From a virus (taxonomy: Duplodnaviria > Heunggongvirae > Uroviricota > Caudoviricetes), in the IMG/VR virus record IMGVR_UViG_3300035698_025354: a stretch of DNA of 64,000 bases; one strand, written 5' to 3'. Below the pieces are notes generated by a model. It did no database searches and was not told the DNA's origin. It was given only the letters and a program-made list of their open reading frames with translations. Positions 54,976-64,000 of this stretch are shown here, in pieces; positions within the stretch are counted from its first letter, which is position 1; each line of letters begins with the position of its first letter. A program made the position numbers and the translations under genes.

Positions 54976-56841
54976 ATGGCTAGCAGCTGGTTGATTTTTG
55001 ACAAGATTCGTGCTTTTACAAAGCAAAACAGGATACATCAGGCTGAAAAAGTATTTCAGGACCAATCAGCTCTTGATAGGCTAGTATCTGGCGGTGAATT
55101 TCTAGACTTTAATTCACAGGCAGCTATACTTGATCAAACTAATCTTCAAATTAATAGATTAGAGCGATATAAAGATTATGAGCAGATGGATCAAACTGGT
55201 GAAGTGGCACTAGCTTTAGATTTATACGCTGATGAGGCAAGCTTAGTAGATCCAGAACGTAAGCATACTCTTGTTATTAGAGCTAGAAATAGAAGATTAA
55301 AATCAGAACTTGAGCACTTTTTATTTAATACTTTATTATGGGATACTCAATGTAGACCAGCTATTAGATATTTGTGCAAATATGGTGATCTTCCGTGTGA
55401 AATAGTCCCAACTGTTAATAGGGATGGTGTTTCTTCTTTGAGATTTATGAATGTTTATAATTTTACAAGAATTGAAACGAAATTTGGTGATTTAGTTGGA
55501 TTTTTTTATCAAGACGAGGCGACTCCTGAACCAGTGTTTATGCATCCATGGCAGGTAATGCATTTAAGATTGACTAGTTTTGAAAATTTATTTCATCCGT
55601 ATGGTCGATCTATTTTAGATGGAGGTAGGAAAGCCTTTAAACAATTAAGGTTGATGGAAGATTCTGCCCTTATTTATAGAATAACGCGTGCTCCTGAAAA
55701 GAGAAAATTTACTATTCCTGTTGGTAAAATTCCACCGCATGAAGTTGCTGAATATATGCAAATGATTGCAAGAGATTTTAAACGTCAGAGATTTTATAAT
55801 CCAACTACTGGAACATTTGATGAGAGATATTCTCCGTTAATACAAGAGGATGACTTCTTCTTACCACGTAGAGATGACGGTGTTGGTCCAGATATTACTA
55901 CTCTTCCTGGTGCTGAGAATTTGGATCAAATAGCTGATATAGAATATTTTAAGAAAAAGATGATTGCTCCGATGAAGATCCCATTTGAAAGAGTCGGGAT
56001 TGGAAAAGATGCTGGTCAATCTAGTGAAAAATCATTATCAATGTCTCATTCTGAATTTGCTAAATCTGTTCAATGGATTCAGAGAGAAGTTGCTAGTGGG
56101 ATCACTAAGGTTGCCATCGTTCATTTAGCACTCAAGGGGTATACTGTTGAGGATCTTAGAGGATTTGATATTACTCTTTCTGCTACATCAGCTATGGAAG
56201 AATTATATAGGATTGAAACTTGGCAAACACGTGCTAGTGTAATGAATGAGCTTAAAGAACTCGGATGGTTTCCTAAGGAATGGATAGTCACTCGATTTAC
56301 TGATTTATCTCCAGATGAGATTGAAGAACTAAAGGATATGGAGGAAACTGAATCTCAGGGAGGCGGTGGTGGCGGGATTCCAGGCGGTTTGGATGATGGA
56401 ATGGATCTTGAGGGTGAAGATGGGGAATTACCATTACCAGATGAGAATGGTGGAGATGCTGAAATTGATGAGGCACCAATTGAGGGATTCGATTATGATG
56501 AGAATGAAAAATTGATTAAGGAATTAGATAGACAAGATAGAAGAGAGAAATCAGTTGCTATAATGGAGAATTGGTCTAATAAACTTAAAAAGGATAATTC
56601 TCTACCAACCGATGAGTATAATAATGGATTTGATTATCTTATTGAATCTAAAGAGATTGACGGTTTAACTAGAAGTCAAGAATATAGTGATAATGATGAC
56701 AATACATTGGTTGAATGGTCGGTACCAAAAAAAGATAGAGATGATGTTGTGAATGAAGTTCGTTCTGTTGTTTCTACTAATGAATCTAAATTAAAAGATG
56801 ATAGTGATGATGAGATTACAGATAACGACATTCCAAAATAA
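54976..56841 (+). CDS. portal protein (gp20-like)
   Basis: 621 aa. Conserved portal segment YKDYEQMDQTGEVALALDLYADEA. Acidic C-terminus. Follows the terminase. GGAG 7 nt upstream. Confidence 0.8.
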   Translation: MASSWLIFDKIRAFTKQNRIHQAEKVFQDQSALDRLVSGGEFLDFNSQAAILDQTNLQINRLERYKDYEQMDQTGEVALALDLYADEASLVDPERKHTLVIRARNRRLKSELEHFLFNTLLWDTQCRPAIRYLCKYGDLPCEIVPTVNRDGVSSLRFMNVYNFTRIETKFGDLVGFFYQDEATPEPVFMHPWQVMHLRLTSFENLFHPYGRSILDGGRKAFKQLRLMEDSALIYRITRAPEKRKFTIPVGKIPPHEVAEYMQMIARDFKRQRFYNPTTGTFDERYSPLIQEDDFFLPRRDDGVGPDITTLPGAENLDQIADIEYFKKKMIAPMKIPFERVGIGKDAGQSSEKSLSMSHSEFAKSVQWIQREVASGITKVAIVHLALKGYTVEDLRGFDITLSATSAMEELYRIETWQTRASVMNELKELGWFPKEWIVTRFTDLSPDEIEELKDMEETESQGGGGGGIPGGLDDGMDLEGEDGELPLPDENGGDAEIDEAPIEGFDYDENEKLIKELDRQDRREKSVAIMENWSNKLKKDNSLPTDEYNNGFDYLIESKEIDGLTRSQEYSDNDDNTLVEWSVPKKDRDDVVNEVRSVVSTNESKLKDDSDDEITDNDIPK

Positions 56842-56979
56842 AAAGTATATGCGTAGGTTAGTGTATTCGGGCAAAACTAATTATAAGTCTGATAATTTTA
56901 TCCAGGAATAAAATACTATCTGATTGTTGGAATCGAATCTAATGGTAAATGATAGTGTATGGTATTAGGAGTTATGAAT

Positions 56980-59898
<2,919 letters not shown>

Positions 59899-59911
59899 CG
59901 GAGTAAAGTTT

Positions 59912-60652
59912 ATGATTCCAACTAGGAAGTCATTAAATAGGTATGGTCTTAATCGTGGTGTCATTGCCGAAACTGGCCAGATACCTCTTGGGATGCATCT
60001 TATTCAAGATACTTGTTCTTTTGAAATTAAAGAAAAAGTAAACACTGTTACTGAAGGTACAAATGGTAGAGAGATTCCAGTAACAAAAGTTACTGGGTTA
60101 TTTCAAAGTGGTGACTCTACTAATGCAAATGGTAGAGTCTATCCAACTGAAGACGTCTTAATACCAGCTGTTAGGTCCATTCAAGAAGACATCCAACATA
60201 GAGCTGTTATGGGTGAATATGATCACCCAAGTGATGCTAAGATTCATCTAGATCGTGTTAGCCATCTGATTACAGATATTTGGATGGAAGGCAAAAAGGT
60301 CTTTGGTACTGCTGAAGTTTTGCATAATCAACCATGCGGTGCATCTCTTAGAGGGTTATTTGAGCACAAAGTTCGGGTTGGCATTTCTTCACGTGGTGTT
60401 GGTGATATGGAAGTCACTATGTCAGAAGGTAGTGAAGTATATCGCGTAATGCCCGGATATGCATTTGTGACGTGGGATGCTGTTGCTGAGCCCTCTGTTT
60501 CTGGTGCTATTTTGGGTATCCAGGAATCGATAAACAAAAGAATTAAACCTCTTGCCAAACAAAGAAGTGTAATTGGTGATAAGGCTTATCACAAGTTATT
60601 GGTTTCAGAAATTAATAACTATTTTGGTCTTGATAAGAAGAAATATTTCTAA
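59912..60652 (+). CDS. prohead maturation protease (gp21-like)
   Basis: 246 aa between the scaffold-like genes and the MCP. Segments GEYDHPSD and VRVGISSRGVG are compatible with prohead serine protease families. GGAG upstream. Confidence 0.5.
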   Translation: MIPTRKSLNRYGLNRGVIAETGQIPLGMHLIQDTCSFEIKEKVNTVTEGTNGREIPVTKVTGLFQSGDSTNANGRVYPTEDVLIPAVRSIQEDIQHRAVMGEYDHPSDAKIHLDRVSHLITDIWMEGKKVFGTAEVLHNQPCGASLRGLFEHKVRVGISSRGVGDMEVTMSEGSEVYRVMPGYAFVTWDAVAEPSVSGAILGIQESINKRIKPLAKQRSVIGDKAYHKLLVSEINNYFGLDKKKYF

Positions 60653-60700
60653 TTAATTAATTTTTAGAAGTACAAATTTTATTCAAAAATAATAATACGA

Positions 60701-61441
60701 TTGGATTTCCAGGAGATTATAATGGACAAAATTAAAGAATTGCTTAAAAAGTCTGGGTGTAAACAAGAACTTGTTGATAGTATCATCGAATCTCTTGTTG
60801 GATATAAGCAATCTGTCCTTGAGGATGGCAACAAAGAAGTTTCTGCCAAAATCGAAAGAGCAAAACAAGTTTGCCTTGATGAGACTAACGCTCACAAGCA
60901 AGTTCTTGCTCGTAGATTGCAAACCTTCTGTGAAGCCAAAAGCGTCGCAATCGAAGCACAACTTGCCAAGAAATCAGCCCTTAGCGAATCCGAAAGTGCA
61001 GCCAGGTTACAACAACTCAAGGATCTTCTTGAGGGAATTGAACCAAGTGGCTCATCAAACGGTGTGGCTACCACTGATATTGCCAAAGTGAAGCGAATCG
61101 TTAAAGAAGCGAATGGAGAGAAATTAAAAGCTGTTGAACTTGCTAATAAGCAAACTCAAGTAGCACAAAAGGCTCTAAAACAAGTAAGATATTTGACAAC
61201 CCAGATCGAAAATCTTAAACGTGAACGACACGCTGTGAATGAAAGTAGAAGTAACCCAACACAAAGAATCGATTCACAACGATCACGTAGTAAGCAGCCA
61301 GTAACTTCTCGAAAAACGTTAATCGAAAATCAAGACCGGGCTCCAGTACGAAAACGCAATGAACCCAGTACCACCAGCCCAAATGGGGCAAATGGTGGAA
61401 TCGGATACATTGCCGAATCAATGGAATCAGATCTTATTTAA
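60701..61441 (+). CDS. prohead scaffolding protein (gp22-like)
   Basis: 246 aa, Q/K/E/A-rich predicted coiled coil, directly upstream of the MCP. RBS AGGAGAT. Confidence 0.5.
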   Translation: MDFQEIIMDKIKELLKKSGCKQELVDSIIESLVGYKQSVLEDGNKEVSAKIERAKQVCLDETNAHKQVLARRLQTFCEAKSVAIEAQLAKKSALSESESAARLQQLKDLLEGIEPSGSSNGVATTDIAKVKRIVKEANGEKLKAVELANKQTQVAQKALKQVRYLTTQIENLKRERHAVNESRSNPTQRIDSQRSRSKQPVTSRKTLIENQDRAPVRKRNEPSTTSPNGANGGIGYIAESMESDLI

Positions 61442-61493
61442 CCACTAGGCAATTAAACATAACCCCGGTTATTAAACATAAAAGGAATTGGCA

Positions 61494-63101
61494 ATGTTAC
61501 AAACACGTGCAAATGCAAAACAGCGTCAGCAAAGACGCCACCTCGTTGAGGGAACACACCAGCGTGGAATGCTGACAGAAGAAGCTGACGTACACAACGC
61601 ACAGTTGCTACACGAATCAAAGAAGAACCAACTGGTCAAAAAATGGTCACCAGTTCTTCAAAAATGTCGTGAAGTAACCTCACAAAAATTCGGTCTAATG
61701 GCATCGATCCTCGAAAACCAGCGAAACGCCTGGAATCCCGAAGGACGATCGACAATCTTTGAAGATCAAACAACTACTGCAAACATCGCCGACTTCACGC
61801 GATTTGCACTGCCATTAATCAGAAAATCATACCCCAAACTGATTGCCGACAACCTCGTTGGCGTTCAGCCAATGAGCCAACCAGCAAGCCTTATCTTCTA
61901 CATCAGATATCGCTACGCTCTGTCCAAAGGTCAGACTGTTGCTGGTACTCAGATCATGCGTCAGAACACAGCACAAAACTTCGCCAAACAAAATGGATGG
62001 GCATTAGACCCATACTACTCCTCGCAGGAAGTAAAAGGAGAAGGTGCAACTATCACCGGCGACACAGCCGTTACAGCAACACTAGCACACAGACCAGTTC
62101 TTGCCGGAACAGTCGTCGTTGAAGTGTTTGAAGATGCAGCCGGTGCAGACCCCAATTGTGATGATGCTGTTCCTTGCTTACAGGTTAGCTTCGATAGTGA
62201 CGGTGTTGCAGACTCAATTTTAATCGGCTCATGCACAAACTTCACAAGTACAATCGCAGTCGACACCTCAACATCTGGTGCAACGGAATTCAGTCACACA
62301 ACCGGTGCTGTAACCATCACATTAAGTGCTGGGGCATTCCCAGCCGGTGCTGTTGCCAGAATTAATTATGAATACGACTTGGAAGCTAATCCATTCCAAC
62401 CAGAAGTTACCTTGAGCATCGACAGTGATAGCGTTTCAGCCATCACCCGCAAGCTCAAAACAAGCTGGTCTCTGGAAGCAGCCCAAGACCTTAAAGCAGT
62501 TCATAACATCGACGCAGAATCAGTTCTAACCGACCTGATGGCCGATGAAATGGTTGCTGAAATCGACCGTGAAATCATCAACGACCTCATTATCGCATCA
62601 GCAATTCGAGCAAGCCACAATTTTGCGACGGCAGCCGGTGCAAGTGTCAACTTCACAGACCGTAACATCGCCCTGATGTACAAAGTCCTCGAAGTAGCCA
62701 ACATCATCCACAGAACCACACTCCGTGGTCCGGCAAACTGGATGGTAATGAGTTCTGACATCTGCTCCAAATTTGAACAGCTAAACGACTTCCGGGCAAG
62801 CGACGCAATGAACACAGAAGGCGTCGACATCGGAATCATGAACATGGGAACCATCAACGGGAAACTCAAGATCTACAAAGATCCCCTCTTCCCCAACTGT
62901 AAAATCCTCATGGGCTTCAAAGGAAACAGTGTCCTCGACGCAGGCTACATGTATGCCCCATACATCCCACTGTTAAGCACCCCAACAATCATGGACCCCA
63001 ACAGTTTCACACCAAACAAAGGCGTGATGACTCGTTACGGGAAGAAACTGATTGAAGACGGTGGTCTTTACTACGGTGTGATTAACGTTTCCAATTTGTA
63101 A
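61494..63101 (+). CDS. major capsid protein (T4 gp23-like)
   Basis: 535 aa. ATG at 61494 with AAGGA upstream. NLVGVQPMSQP segment typical of gp23-family MCPs. Followed by a strong terminator. Confidence 0.8.
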   Translation: MLQTRANAKQRQQRRHLVEGTHQRGMLTEEADVHNAQLLHESKKNQLVKKWSPVLQKCREVTSQKFGLMASILENQRNAWNPEGRSTIFEDQTTTANIADFTRFALPLIRKSYPKLIADNLVGVQPMSQPASLIFYIRYRYALSKGQTVAGTQIMRQNTAQNFAKQNGWALDPYYSSQEVKGEGATITGDTAVTATLAHRPVLAGTVVVEVFEDAAGADPNCDDAVPCLQVSFDSDGVADSILIGSCTNFTSTIAVDTSTSGATEFSHTTGAVTITLSAGAFPAGAVARINYEYDLEANPFQPEVTLSIDSDSVSAITRKLKTSWSLEAAQDLKAVHNIDAESVLTDLMADEMVAEIDREIINDLIIASAIRASHNFATAAGASVNFTDRNIALMYKVLEVANIIHRTTLRGPANWMVMSSDICSKFEQLNDFRASDAMNTEGVDIGIMNMGTINGKLKIYKDPLFPNCKILMGFKGNSVLDAGYMYAPYIPLLSTPTIMDPNSFTPNKGVMTRYGKKLIEDGGLYYGVINVSNL

Positions 63102-63128
63102 GATTGAATCTTACGATATGAGAAAATA

Positions 63129-63167
63129 AAACCCGCTTTGAAACAGGTTCAAAGCGGGTTTTTTTAT
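63129..63167 (+). terminator. rho-independent terminator after the capsid gene
   Basis: Perfect 14 bp stem aaacccgctttgaa / ttcaaagcgggttt, 5 nt loop, then TTTTT. Confidence 0.7.
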
Positions 63168-63177
63168 GTATTTAAAA

Positions 63178-64000
63178 TGACACAGTGTGAAAAAAGGATA
63201 ATCGATTTGCAAACATTAGATGAAAAATATGATAATTCAATAAAAAGCACCATTCGTAAAATGTTTGGTGATGGGAAAACTCAAAAAGAAATAGGTGAGA
63301 TTCTTGATATTCCCAGACGAACCATAGGTAAATTATGTAAGAAAATGGGTCTTTCTCGTTCTCGTAGTGATTCAGCTAGCTTAGTATTGAAATCTGATCT
63401 TGATGATCCAGAAATGATAAAGAAAATTGTTTTGTTACGTTCTGATCATTCATTGTCTGAGATTGCTGATGAATTATCTAGTTCTATTAGTGCTGTACAT
63501 CGCATATGCGATAAGTATGATATATCTTTACCAGATAATTTTAATGAATTACAATCTAAAAGAATGCTTAAATCTTGGACTGATGAAAAAAGGATGGTGG
63601 CTTCTGTTAAATCTAAAGAATTGGTAACTGATGAATTGAGAAAACAGCTAAGTGAAAGTTCAAAACAACTTTGGAAAGATGAAAAATATAGATCAAATCA
63701 AGAAAAAATCCAACATACTATTTGGGGTTGTGATATAAAACGTGGTAAAATGAGTGATGCTTTGGTGGCTATTTGGTCTGATCAAAAATTACGTGATAGA
63801 ATGTCTAAAATTCAAAAAGAAATTTGGTCCGATCCAGAATTACGTGATAGAATGTCTAAAATTCAAAAAGAAATTTGGTCCGATCCAGAAAGGCGGGAAA
63901 AAATAAGTCAAATCCAAAAAGAAATTTGGAAAGATCCAGATTGTCAATTACGAATGGCTGCATCGCGTGCATCACATCCAATTGTATCTTCTATTCAAAC
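63178..64000 (+). CDS. homing-endonuclease-like protein with HTH modules and NUMOD3-type repeats (partial, runs off window)
   Basis: Translated by hand from the ATG at 63178 with no stop to the window end. HTH segments KEIGEILDIPRRTIGKLCKKMGL and LSEIADELSSSISAVHRICDKYDI. Repeated K-I-Q-K-E-I-W-S/K-D-P-E units. Not in the ORF track because it has no stop codon. Confidence 0.5.
63789..63890 (+). repeat. perfect 51 bp tandem duplication (2 copies) inside the endonuclease-like gene
   Basis: ttacgtgatagaatgtctaaaattcaaaaagaaatttggtccgatccagaa repeated head-to-tail, encoding LRDRMSKIQKEIWSDPE twice. Confidence 0.85.

Overview
This 64 kb window is an AT-rich segment of a tailed dsDNA phage genome (roughly one-third GC by eye; not computed). 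It is almost fully coding, mostly on the + strand, and reads as a contractile-tail myovirus with T4-like building blocks in a non-T4 order. Left end (0-12 kb): a glycan-modification island (sulfotransferase, GT2 glycosyltransferases, PMI-type cupin, GDP-mannose 4,6-dehydratase) interrupted by small unknown genes and an NAD+-dependent DNA ligase. 12-23 kb: small strongly expressed-looking genes, a free-standing homing-endonuclease-like ORF, neck/tail-completion candidates, tail sheath and three tandem tail-tube paralogs. 23-33 kb: an accessory island that includes a Tat-signal protein, a Cys-rich protein, a PAS-domain protein, a tail-anchored coiled-coil protein, an orphan DnaG-type primase, and a minus-strand five-gene cassette with a WGR-domain protein and two tandem SPFH/band-7 paralogs. 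33-45 kb: tape measure protein, baseplate genes (gp5/gpV-like spike, gp25/GPW, baseplate J) and a minus-strand two-gene insertion. 45-51 kb: class II (NrdJ-like) ribonucleotide reductase and a UvsW-like SF2 helicase. 52-63 kb: terminase large subunit, portal, a hyper-acidic 970-980 aa head protein with a D20 tract, prohead protease, scaffold and major capsid protein, followed by a second homing-endonuclease-like gene that runs off the window. The most striking anomaly is a ~675 bp GC-rich segment with enterobacterial-style codon usage at ~30.9-31.6 kb. It carries one intact 145 aa ORF and the 3' stump of another, and it sits exactly where the C-terminus of one SPFH paralog and the N-terminus of the next are missing. 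This is either a genuine foreign insertion/replacement or an assembly chimera. No rRNA, tRNA or CRISPR array was found. Homology calls rest on motif recognition by eye.
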